A DNA stretch of 64,000 bases from Azolla caroliniana. Taxonomy: Eukaryota; Plantae; Polypodiophyta. The notes below the pieces were generated by a model that had not been told where the DNA came from, made no database searches, and saw nothing but the letters and a program-made list of their open reading frames with translations. Position numbers and translations under genes: made by a program. Below, piece by piece: positions 1 through 11,006 of the stretch. The number at the start of each line of letters is the position of its first letter. Positions within the stretch are counted from its first letter, which is position 1. The stretch spans positions 7,316,001 to 7,380,000 of the forward strand of contig JBHGNT010000010.1 of assembly GCA_043228905.1 (NCBI GenBank). The letters are read 5' to 3'.

Positions 1-539
1 GTCACGCAATGTTTGGATAACAAAGCAAACATGTTTACCATGTTCTTCCAATTTATGACTCTAAACTAACATATCATCCAAGAAAACAACAACAAAATTT
101 CTAAGTTGTTCTTGGAATATGTCATTCATTTCTTGTTGAAATGTGGTTGGAGCATTGGTCAAAAACCAAAAGGCATGACCAAAAACTCATAATGGTCATA
201 ACACATACGAAATGTTAATTTAGGAATATCATCCTTATACGAATTTGATGGTATCCCATAGGGAGATCAAGTTTTGCAAAATATCAAGCTCCCTAGAGAT
301 GATCAATCAAGAAGTCTGTTGGGGCAGTGGATATGAATTCTTGATCATCACTTCAGTCAAGTGTTAGTAATTAATACACATACGCCATGTGCCATTTTTC
401 TTTTTTACCAAGAGAGCTTTTCACCCCATGGTGATTTAGTATATTCTATATGATTAGTATATGATCTATTTTTACATATTCCTTGAGTTTCTTAGACATC
501 TGATCCTCTTCAGATTGACTCAATCAATACGGAGCTATA

Positions 540-1228
540 TGTTAGGAATATGTCCCTCCTATGGGAGGAGCCGACTGGTTGGACTGAGAGCCAATAGTCG
601 AAGACAAGGAGTAGCCGATTGGTTGGGTTGAGAATCGACAATTGATGTTATGGAGATTCTAATGAGTGAGTTAACATGAAGAGTCGACACCATAGTAAGT
701 GATCCAAGTCGAAGACATGACCATGACCGACTGGATGGTCGACGATGAGGCCGACTAGTCGGGCGGACTGGATAATCGACGCAAGTGTCGGCTAGTCGAT
801 CAATCGGCTGATTAACTGCCATTATTATCAGTATAATAATAGAAGTGAGAGTAGTAGGGACAACATTTGTAAATAGCCCATTAGTGTGTAAGTATAAATA
901 CACGCAGGGCAAAGCTTTAAGTAATATAGAGAAAACTGAATTGTGTAGAGTTTCTATAATGAGAGAGCTACAGAGAGAAGAGAGAGCGCGTGACAGTGAG
1001 AGCAGCACCATAGTTGTGTGAGCTTAGACGCCAAGAGCCCTGCATGGCTGATACACTCAGTATGAAGAGAGTGTTGTATACTGTCTCCTTTGTATTCTCC
1101 AGTGTATAGTGGATCTCTGTTCCTGTGGTTTTTCCCCATTTAGGGTTTCCACGTAAAAGTGTGTATTGTGTGCATTTGCTGTTTTCTGTTTCCGCGTTAT
1201 TGTTTATTGCACAATCAGTCTTCCTCAT
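540..1228 (+). mobile_element. Solo or partial LTR, copia-type (related to the LTRs at 1931-6420 and 28300-28590)
   Basis: Starts TGTTAGGAATATGTCCCTCCTATGGGAG, similar to the reverse complement of the LTR ends at 6420 and 28590 (TGTTG.GAAATGTTGTCCCTCCTTATGGGAG). U5-like GGGTTTCCACGT motif near 1143. No TSD found and the right end is approximate. Confidence 0.55.
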
Positions 1229-2354
1229 GAATCTTAGGGATCGAATCCCTTTAGTATTCTTATTGGTGCGACCCCAGGAATAAGTTCTATATGATGCTAA
1301 ATATCAAGTTTAGGAGGTAACCCATATGGAAGTTTCACTTGGAAAAATATCATGAAAATGGTTTAAGATTTCATTATAAACAAGATAAATGATCCATAAT
1401 ACAATTGATATTAAAAACTTGAATGTCCGGATCAAGTACACAATAAAATAAATCAATACAAGTGAACTCAATCGTTTAGTGTAAAATGGTTATAATTGAA
1501 GGAGATTGTTTTTTGACACATAGAATAAAATGGGTACAATTGTTTAGTGTAAACGTTATTGAATGATGAACCCAATCAATAGATAAAGAGGAGTTATTAT
1601 TAAAGAACTAGGGATAACCTAGCATTACATTGGTGGTATGAAGATTCGTTACATGGAAATCTACTTTCTCTACATAAATATTAATGCAAATTTCCAATGA
1701 ATGAATCACGATGTGGATGTATTGCACTTTTGCATCAACCAAATGCACCTTATAGGTGCAATCACTTACGGTGGGTTGACGTACCAATATCTGAACCAAA
1801 CAATCATTCACAACATATATGAGCTTCCCTAATCAAACAAGAATTGTACTTGAGATCCCCTTTATATTCTCCCCTTTATAGTATGTAGCTTTGCTTTTGT
1901 TATCGTGCTCTTCGCGTTGGAGCTTTTTGATGTGAATATGGGGATGGCCACAACTAGCAAACAAACAGATATGAAAGCAACAAAGGAACAAGAAAACAAG
2001 TACAATGACACATAGCTTTGACATGGAAAACCATCAATGGGGAAAACCACAGGAGCCCATAGACTTCGAACAAAATCACAATAGAAGAGTGTATACAAGA
2101 ACACAAGGCTACAACCTTGTGCTGATCTTTGTCTATCTTAGTAGACAACCATTATAGTGAAGCAACAAAGAAGTCACAAAACACTAGACCTGGTTATAGT
2201 GCAACTATCGATATGTAGTAATTGGACTCGAGCCTCGACACACTAGCAAGCTTGTTCAGCGTTGCACATAGTCCTTGCACTCACTTCTCTCCCTCCCATT
2301 GTGTGTTTATAACCTTGATCATACATGATCACAGATGATGTAATCTAGGGTTTA

Positions 2355-2431
2355 TACATACATACATACATACATACATACATACATACATACATACATA
2401 CATACATACATACATACATAGATACATACAT
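2355..2431. repeat. (TACA)n microsatellite inside the LTR
   Basis: Directly visible run of TACA units, mostly absent from the related LTR near 28390. Confidence 0.95.
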
Positions 2432-2607
2432 ATGTATATATATATACAAATATGTATTTACACACTTGTCCCTAGCCAACTATAGCGGCTCTTGACTGGA
2501 TCAACTCCCAACCAATCACAACTGGCTCATAACCGACCCTTTGTACATATTAGTCAGATTCCCGGCTGGCTCCAATTCACATCAGCCTCTGCTCCCATAA
2601 GGAGGGA

Positions 2608-5600
2608 TGTTGGTCGGGTAGGAGGGCCAAAGGTATGAAAAGGGATAGAAGGCCAAGCACAAGTCAGAACCGAAATCGGGAAAAGAAAAACAGTGGAGCC
2701 AGCCTAGAGCCGAGTGGGGCAGGACTGTAATGTATGAAAATAAATGATTAGTAACATTTTATTTCACGTTCATGTAACAACCTGCTTCCTATAAATAGGA
2801 AGCATAGAGTCTTCTATAGGGGGTTGTGTGATAGGGAGGACTTGTGGACTATATTGTTAGAATGAGAGGCCACACAGAGAGGTGAGTTTTTCTAAGGGCG
2901 CAAAGAGTCATAATTGACAAATGATCGGTTTTCATTGTAATAGTTTTGTTTAAGTAATATAATTCTTTTCTTGTGGGGAGACTTTGTATCTTGATTCTTG
3001 ATCTCTAAAGTTTTGAAAGGTGTATCGACTATTACTGTGAAATTGTGTGCACGCATATGTTGTAGCCGATTCGATAGAATACCATACCTTGCGTCCCTTT
3101 CGGGCCTATAACGATCAGTCTGTATTCCCAATGTCGTCCGCAGAAAATGAGCGGGGTATCCTTAGTGTGAGATACCCAGGTAATCTTTGTGTAAAGTTAC
3201 TCGCTTCCTGAATCCGACTGAGTACAATGTCGGCGGATTGTCCCAAAAACATTCCCCTCCTTCCTACCACAATACCTTGATTCGGTTACTCGGGAACACG
3301 CGGTCGGTTACTAACTCCCGAGTAACCGAATCAAGGTCTTGTGGTAGGAAGGAGGGGAAAGGTTTAGGGTCGTCCTGCTGACACTCTACTCAATCAGATT
3401 TGGGAAGTGGGTAACTTTACGCAAAGGTTACCTAGGTATCTAACATTGAAGATACCCTACTTGTCTACCCTGGATGACAGTTGGGAATACGAACCGATTG
3501 ATATAGCCCCGAAAGGGATGCAGGGTATGGTATTCTACTGAATCGGCTACAACAGATGCGTGCACACAATTTCACAGTAATAGTAGATACGCCTTAGAGA
3601 CCTTTACAGATCAAGATACACAGTTTCCCCTCAAGAAAAGAATTATATTAATTATACTGAACTATTACAATGAAAACCGAACTATTACAATGAAAACCGA
3701 TCGACTGTCGATTATGACTCTCTACACCCTCAGAAAAACTCACCTCTTTGCATGGCCTCTCGTTCTAGCAATATAATCCGCTAGCCCTTTCTATCACACA
3801 ACCCCCTATACAAGACTCCATGCTTGGTCTTCAATCCCTTTTCACACCTTTGGTTGTCTTGCCCGGCCAACACCTGACACGCCTGTGGGATAGTGCCTTG
3901 CACGTTGAATCCACAAAAATCACAAAAATCAATTACTTATTATTGCTCATAAAAAAATGTGCATGATGCTCGGTTTTTGAGTCGAATAATCTACATCATT
4001 GTCATCCTCAGCCGGTTGTTCATTGTTTATTAGATGCTCTTCCTCGACCAATTGCTCCTTTGTTGTTGCCACTAGTTGACTTTCTTCAATTGGCCCTTGT
4101 CTGATTGTCGCCTCCAGCTCTACCTGCAGCTGGTTGCGTGCTTCCATCGATTCCTGATCGGGTTGTTGCCTTTGCTCTGTTTCGGCTTCCTTCTCTGCTT
4201 GGTCATCGGCTCCCTCTTCCTCAACTTCGATTTGCCCCTTGTGTGTCAATTCCTCTTCTTGTTCTTCCTTGGCTTCGCCTGTTTCTTCTACTTCTTTTCG
4301 GTTGTCGGGCTCAGCCTTGGCCTAGATTCTTTCCTTCTCATATTTCTCCAACTCGATGGTGAGTTTCATCTGCTCATCTTCGAATTCCGTGATTATTCTT
4401 CTGACTTCCACGTTGTGCGTCTACCAAGAGGGAGTAGAATCCGTCGGTTAGGTCTTTTGGGAGTAGTTTGATGCTATCTTCATCCATCTTATAGAAATCT
4501 CGACCCTCTTTTTGATGATTTTCTTGATCAGCTTGGAATATCTGTTATAGTTCGGCCGCTTGTGCCGACCACTCATTCCAGCCGCGATTTATTGCTTCGC
4601 CGATTTTCTGATCCAACATTTGCCGATGTCTCTCTAGTGTAGCCCTGATCTTGGCTTAACCCATTTTGGCATTTGACCGAAGCACCTGTGTCTCAACTTC
4701 CAATTGTCGCACTGTAGTTGCTGATGATTGTGTGTACTAGTTGTGTTGAGCTTCCATCCCTTTCATGCCAACTATCACCTCGAGCTGAGCCTCAAAGTGT
4801 TCTTTTTCGCACTCCCATTGGCGCTCGAACCTTCCATCAGTCTCCTCCAATTCTCGTTGGGATATTTCCAGATCATGCTGGTACATGGTGATGGTGTCGT
4901 GTCGTAACCGGTCATGAATTTAGAGGTCTAACAACAATTTGTGTTGTTTGTTGAAGTCGATTAGGAATTTATTGTGCTCTTTTTGTAGTTTTTGGAATTG
5001 CTCTTGTTCAACCCTTAGGTCTTGCGTGAGATCCTCTTTCTCGGCCTTTAGCACTCGGATCAAATTCCTCTTGCTTTTCCTTGATAATTTCCACCAACTC
5101 CTCTTTTTCTTGAATCGCTTGGTCAAATTCCTCTGTCTTCTCTTTAAGGGTCGTTTTGAGTTGTTGCTGGACTTCGATTTCATGAGTCTTTGGTTGTTGT
5201 AGTGCTTCTTGGAGTTGGTAGACTTCAGCTAAGGTCGCCTAATGGAATTGTTTGGCCTTTGCAGCAATCTCCGTCTGTGCTTCCAGTTCTTCCGAGAGGT
5301 TGTCGGGAGGGCAATGCTATGATTGTGAGGGGGTTTTCCCGGCTCACCGTATCCTTCGATATGCGTGATGCCTATCCCTCCTACAACTTTCTTGTTAACG
5401 TTGTGGCTGTGTCGATTACTATGGCCACCGTCTTTTTGGGTTCGATGACTAGACAAAGGCCAACTGAAAAAAGTCAAACAACGGCAACAACAGAGGAGCA
5501 AATGGCGGAGGAAGAGCAACTAATAAACAACGAACAACCGACAGAGGAAAACAACAATGTAGATGACTCGAGTCAAAAGCCGAGCATCTTGCATATTTTT

Positions 5601-6400
5601 GATGAGGAATAAGTAATTGATTTTTGTGATTTTTGTGGGTTTGACATGCAAGGCACTATCCCATAGGTGTACGAGGTGTTGGTTGGGTAGGGCGGCCAAA
5701 GGTGTGAAAAGGGATAGAAGGCCAAGCACAAGTCAAAACCAAAATTGGGAAAAGACAAACAATGGAGCTGGCCGAGAGCTGAGAGGGACAGAACTGTAAC
5801 GTATGAAAATAAATTATTAGTAACATTTTATTTCACGTTCTTGTAACTGACCATGCTTCCTATAAATAGGAAACATGGAGTCTTGTATAGGGGGATGTGT
5901 GATAGAGAGGGCTAGCGGATTGTATTGTTAGAAAGAGAGGTCATATAGAGAGCCGAGTTTTGCTGAGGGGGCAAAGAGTTATAATTGACAGTTGATTTGT
6001 TTTCATTGTAATAGTTCTGTATAAGAAATATAATTCTTTTCTTGTGGGGAAACTCTATATCTTGATCTGTAAAGTTCTCTAAGATGTATCGATTATTACC
6101 GTGAAATCGTGTGTATGCATATGTTGTATTCGATTCGATACAATACCATACCTTGCGTCCCTTTCAGGCCTATCGCGATTGGTCTGTATTCCCGAGTGTC
6201 ATCGGGGGTAGACGAGTGGGGTATCCTCGGTGTGAGAAACCTAGGTAACATTCGTGTAAAGTTACCCGCTTCCCAAATCCGACTAAGTACAATGTCAGGA
6301 GGACGACCCAAAACCTTTCCCCTCCTTCCTACCACAAGACCTTGATTCGGTTTCTCGGGAGTTAGTAATTGATTGTGTATTCCTGCACAGGGGAGTAACA
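2608..6400 (+). mobile_element. Non-autonomous LTR element, family B, with an internal inverted duplication
   Basis: TG...CA ends and TSD AGGGA (2603-2607, 6401-6405). LTRs at 2608-~3295 and 5677-6400, TATA-like TATAAATAG near 2790, and a third inverted LTR copy at ~3292-3872. No gag or pol motifs. Confidence 0.85.
3947..5300 (-). pseudogene. Degenerate coiled-coil, Glu/Gln-rich ORF of family B (accessory ORF upstream of the 3' LTR)
   Basis: ORF fragments 4920-5183 and 3947-4249 are heptad-like and charged. The C-terminus (EEHLINNEQP..QKPSIMHIF) recurs on the plus strand at ~5450-5612 (EEQLINNEQP..QKPSILHIFDEE). Confidence 0.5.
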
Positions 6401-7288
6401 AGGGACAACATTTCGCAACAAACTCCCCCTTCATTCCTATATGGGAGAGTAAACCAATCCTACCTTTAGTCGGCATGCTTTCAGCTTGTCCATGGACAAT
6501 GCCTTCGTCAGCATGTCCGATCCATTATCATCTATAGGAATCTTTACAAGAGCAAATTCCTTATCTTCCACTCTCTCTTGTAACTAGTGATATCTCTGTT
6601 GGATATGTTTTGTCTGAGAGTGGTAGGCAACATTCTTAGCAAGGTGGATGGCACTTTGATTATCAAAATGCAGTAGGAAATGATCGTGCTTCATTCCTAG
6701 CTCACTAATGAGGTCCCTCATCCATAGAATATCCTTGCCGGCTTCTATAGCAGCCATGTACGCAGCTTCAATGTGTTACCCCGTACGAGATGTACGGAGT
6801 GTCAGTGTGATGAGCGAGGGTCGAATGTTATCATGATGTTGTTGTGTATGTGTAGGGGACATAAATGTAATTGTGAGTCTATACGTATGTGAACACATGC
6901 ACACGTGTGTGCATGTGGATGGATACGAGGAGGTGTGAGTGAGTGTCTAGTATGAATGCTCAAGGGGGCTTACACCCCTATGTATCTACCCCCTCTTGTA
7001 CTATTTAACCCCTTATGGGGAATGAATGAAATATGAATGAACATTTCTCTCTCTCTCTCTCAATCTCTCTCTTGTCATCTCTCTCTTCTATCTCCCCTTA
7101 CGTTGAACCCCCTTGGGAGGGGGGTGGAGCCAATCTAGGCACCACCCCCCACCCCGCAATGCTTCTCAATGCACATGATCTCTCTCGCCATCAATCCCAT
7201 ACTCTCCATCATCATCATAACCACCATGTCTATCTTTATCATGATTATCATCGTCCTTAACCCTAACTCTAAAACCTACAACACCTTT

Positions 7289-7299
7289 TGGCGACCACA
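7289..7299 (+). promoter_or_regulatory. PBS of family A, probably tRNA-Arg(UCG)
   Basis: TGGCGACCACA lies 5 nt after the 5' LTR, and TGGCGACCAC is also at 20179-20188. Complementary to the recalled plant tRNA-Arg(UCG) 3' end ...UGUGGUCGCCA. Confidence 0.7.
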
Positions 7300-9446
7300 A
7301 CGGCGGACCCCCTTTGATGAAGAAGTCCAAGAAGAGAACGTGGCAGCATGATGTGGGAGAAATGACAGAAACATGCAAATGACGGCGACGATGTTCAATG
7401 TATGTGCAAGCGAAGAAATGGAAACGATGACGTTTGTGTACGAGTGCAAGAAATGATGATGCGATGGAGGAATGCATGAATGGCAACAATGGTTGTGCGA
7501 GGTTGCGATTAGTGTCAATGTGCGGGTTTCCGATGCGGTTAGCGACAATGTGTGTGTTTTTGAAAGCGTGGTGCAAGATGCACGGCTGTACAAACTGCGA
7601 TGCAGTGGGAACCGGTGCCAGCACGACCGGAACGAGAAGCCCACCAGGAGACTGCGGAGAAAGTCGCAGTGTGTGGAGCGGAGACCGGTAGGATGTGCTG
7701 AGAATGCACGAGAGGTGGTTCTAAAAGAAGCAACACAGAGAGAGTCGGAACCGGAATCGGAACCAGAACCGGAGCCGGTTAACACTGAAGGGTCGAAGAA
7801 GACCCAGACATTGACCAACAAAGAAACCAACAACGCAGACCAAACATCTACGACCAAAGAAACCAACAACGCCAGAAAGAGACGATCGGATGCACCAGAC
7901 AAAGACAGACAAAGACGACGAAAAGAGACTACTCAAACAGACAGAAAGAATGGAACAACGAAGGAGAAACACGACTAGAACAAATGCTAAGAACCAGTAC
8001 AACAAAAACAGGACCACATGTGCCCTCTAGGTCATCGTCATCAACTGGGAAAGCAGAAAAAAAAAAAAAAAAGAAGCAACTGCGACCGGAGCGGCAGCCG
8101 ACCAAAATGGCCAGATATGGGAGCAGCCGGACAACATTCAAACTGACTACCGGAAAACCGGCCGGAACAGACCAGAAGACGACGGACGGTGCCGGACTAC
8201 GACAAACCAACAGAGGAACGAAGGCCGGATGGCCACCGTATGGGAGCGGTTGAAGCACGGCGGAAGAGCGACCGGTATGGCGGCCAGAATGCGGGACAAA
8301 TGGCCGAACGACGACGACGCTATACGGCAGAGGCCGGACAGTGGCGGCGAATGGCAACCCGAAACCCTACACAACAGTCAAAGAGTGGCCGAATGGTATC
8401 GGAATCGAGGCAGGCGGACCGGACAGGCCAGACAAAAGCACGAGGTCGGACAGTGGCCAAGACAGAGAGGGAAAGGGCCGGACACTTCGGAAAGCCGAGG
8501 CCAAACCACAAGGCAAAGAGATAAAGATGGAGACGACAACGAAGCTGGGGACAAAAAATGATTGAAATGGACAGGCAACAGAAACAAATGACGGCCAGAG
8601 CGAATGATGGAAACGACCGGAATGATGGACGGCGACAGATCGTCGACCAGAGTGAAGAAGGCCGGACAAATGACCAAAAACAGCCGGGAAGAACGGACTA
8701 GCCGGACATCAGCACCGGAGCGGCCGGATGAAGCAGCAGCAGGCAGAAGGACCGGACAGAGACGGACAACCAGAACCGGCCAACGGAAACGACGACGACA
8801 GCAGTAGAGGGAGATGACATGCAAGCAAAGGGAGAGTGAAGGTTGCGTTTCCTCCCTACCCCAAAACGCCAAACAGAACAAGGAAGAAGTGGAAGAAACA
8901 AAGATAGAAGAAGAAAGAGAGAGGAGGAAACGAAAGACAGGAAGAGGAGAAGAAGTAACGGTTAACACCAAGAAAGAGGAAGATGAAACAGAAAAGAGGG
9001 AGGGAAAAAGATAACCATACGGAGCATCCTCGGATTTTGGAAACTGAGGACATCCTAGAAATTTCGAAAAACAAACCTAAGGGCACTATTGGAATTCTAG
9101 ATACATGAGGGTATCAAACATAATTGTAAAAACCTGAGGGTATATAAGAAAATTTTAAAAATCAAAGGGCACCTATGAAATTTTTAAATCTCATCCACCT
9201 AAAGAAATGGACGTGATCGACCACGACAACTCACAAAATCAACAAAGAATAACATACATACACACAATATTTTTAAGGACCCGAAAGAGGATACCAAAGT
9301 TCGTAAGACGACAGAATGAGAATGTTCGTGTCGCGGAAAATTTGCTGACCAACAAAGATGGTCGAGTCAAGCACTCCGATCGAGGGAGTCGATCGTTGAA
9401 AGGACCGATGGAAGTTCCGGTCGAAGAAATATCATCATCAAGGCAT

Positions 9447-9486
9447 GTGGGATCGACGTGCAAGGCACTCTCCCACGGGCGTGCCA
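9447..9486 (+). other. tRNA-3'-end-like motif at the PPT position (antisense PBS)
   Basis: GTGGGATCGACGTGCAAGGCACTCTCCCACGGGCGTGCCA ends 5 nt before the 3' LTR. Homologous 40-mers at 21593-21632, 5635-5674 and 3875-3914 (minus). Confidence 0.8.
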
Positions 9487-10124
9487 TATTGTGTTACCCC
9501 GTACGAGATGTACGGAGTGTCAGTGTGATAAGCGAGGGTCGAATGTTATCATGATGTTGTTGTGTATGTGTAGGGGACATAAATGTAATTGTGAGTCTAT
9601 ACGTATGTGAACACATGCACACGTGTGTGCATGTGGATGGATACGAGGAGGTGTGAGTGAGTGTCTAGTATGAATGCTCAAGGGGGCTTACACCCCTATG
9701 TATCTACCCCCTCTTGTACTATTTAACCCCTTATGGGGAATGAATGAAATATGAATGAACATTTCTCTCTCTCTCTTTCAATCTCTCTCTTGTCATCTCT
9801 CTCTTCTATCTCCCCTTAGGAGGGGGGTGGAGCCAATCTAGGCACCACCCCCCACCCCGCAATGCTTCTCAATGCACATGATCTCTCTCGCCATCAATCC
9901 CATACTCTCCATCATCATCATAACCACCATGTCTATCTTTATCATGATTATCATCGTCCTTAACCCTAACTCTAAAACCTACAACACAATGGTCGACAAA
10001 GCCACAACCTTTTGCAACCTCGATTGCCATGATACTGTTACAACTGCATAGGTCATCACATATCCAGTCGTGGATTGGTTGGAATCAGTATCAACCAACA
10101 TATCAGAGTCCATAAACCCTTCAA

Positions 10125-10716
10125 GATCGGGTTTACCTGAGCCGTATCTAAGGCATACACTCAAGGTGCCTCTGAGTTATTTGAGTGCCCACTTAACTGC
10201 AGCCCAATGCTCCTTTCTGGGATTGCTCATGTAACGGTTGATTGTTTCGACAACATACGTAATGTCTGGCTTGGTACATACCATGGCATACATCAGGCTT
10301 TAGATAGTTAAGGCATATGGGATTGGGTTTACCTGAGCCGTATCTAAGGCATACACTCGAGGTGCCTCTAAGTTATTTGAGTGCCCACTTCACTACAGCC
10401 CAATGCTCCTTTCTGGGATTGCTCATGTAACGGTTGATTGTTTCGACAACATATGTAATGTCTGGCTTGGTACATACCATGGCATACATCAGGCTTTAGA
10501 TAGCTAAGGCATATGGGATCGGGTTTACCTGAGCCGTATCTAAGGCATACACTCGAGGTGCCTCTAAGTTATTTGAGTGCCCACTTCACTGCAGCCCAAT
10601 GCTCCTTTCTGGGATTGCTCATGTAACGGTTGATTGTTTCGACAACATATGTAATGTCTGGCTTGGTACATACCATGGCATACATCAGGCTTTAGATAGC
10701 TAAGGCATATGGGATC
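10125..10716. repeat. Tandem triplication of a 196-bp segment of copia RT
   Basis: Units start at 10125, 10321 and 10517 and end at GATC 10713-10716. Copies are near-identical. Confidence 0.95.
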
Positions 10717-11006
10717 TTCGTCATCTCAACTTTATCTCTTTCAGACTTCGGATATTGGCTGGCATTCAATTTGCTATTTGTCAGCAATTTTGAGCTGACT
10801 GACTTGGCATTCTGCATGTTGAACCTCTGGAGCACCTTTTTCATATATTTTTCTTGTGGCAACCATAACATGTTCTTTGTCCGGTTCCGAACTATGTGCA
10901 TTCCTAGTATTTGCTTTGCCGGGCCCATATCTTTCATTGCAAATGACTTAATACTCAAAGCCCTTTTTAGACTCACAATTTTCTTTAGGTCCTATTCGAC
11001 AATACG

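Larger units (their letters stand above)
1931..6420 (-). mobile_element. 3' LTR of an old minus-strand Ty1/copia element, split by the 2608-6400 insertion
   Basis: The LTR terminus reads across the insertion (GCTCCCATAAGG-AGGGA | AGGGA-CAACATTTCGCAACA). It is followed by AACTCCCCCT (reverse-complement PPT) and then RNase H sequence. The left boundary is approximate. Confidence 0.75.
6774..9986 (+). mobile_element. Non-autonomous LTR element, family A, copy 1 (LARD/TRIM-like)
   Basis: Near-identical LTRs at 6774-7283 and 9492-9986 (one ~15-bp deletion), TGTT...AACA ends, TSD CAATG (6769-6773, 9987-9991). No recognisable retroelement protein domain inside. Confidence 0.95.
6421..11006 (-). pseudogene. 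pol: Copia (Tork/Tnt1-like) reverse transcriptase-RNase H, degenerate, interrupted by 6774-9986
   Basis: FAMKDMGPAKQILGMHI (10692-10976), VSWQSRLQKVVALST (9979-10164) continuing across the insertion, and DNGSDMLTKAL near 6500. Confidence 0.9.

Noticed and set aside
7166-9086. Dense overlapping ORFs as real genes
   Set aside because: Low-complexity products arising from T-poor composition, not conserved in frame in copy 2.
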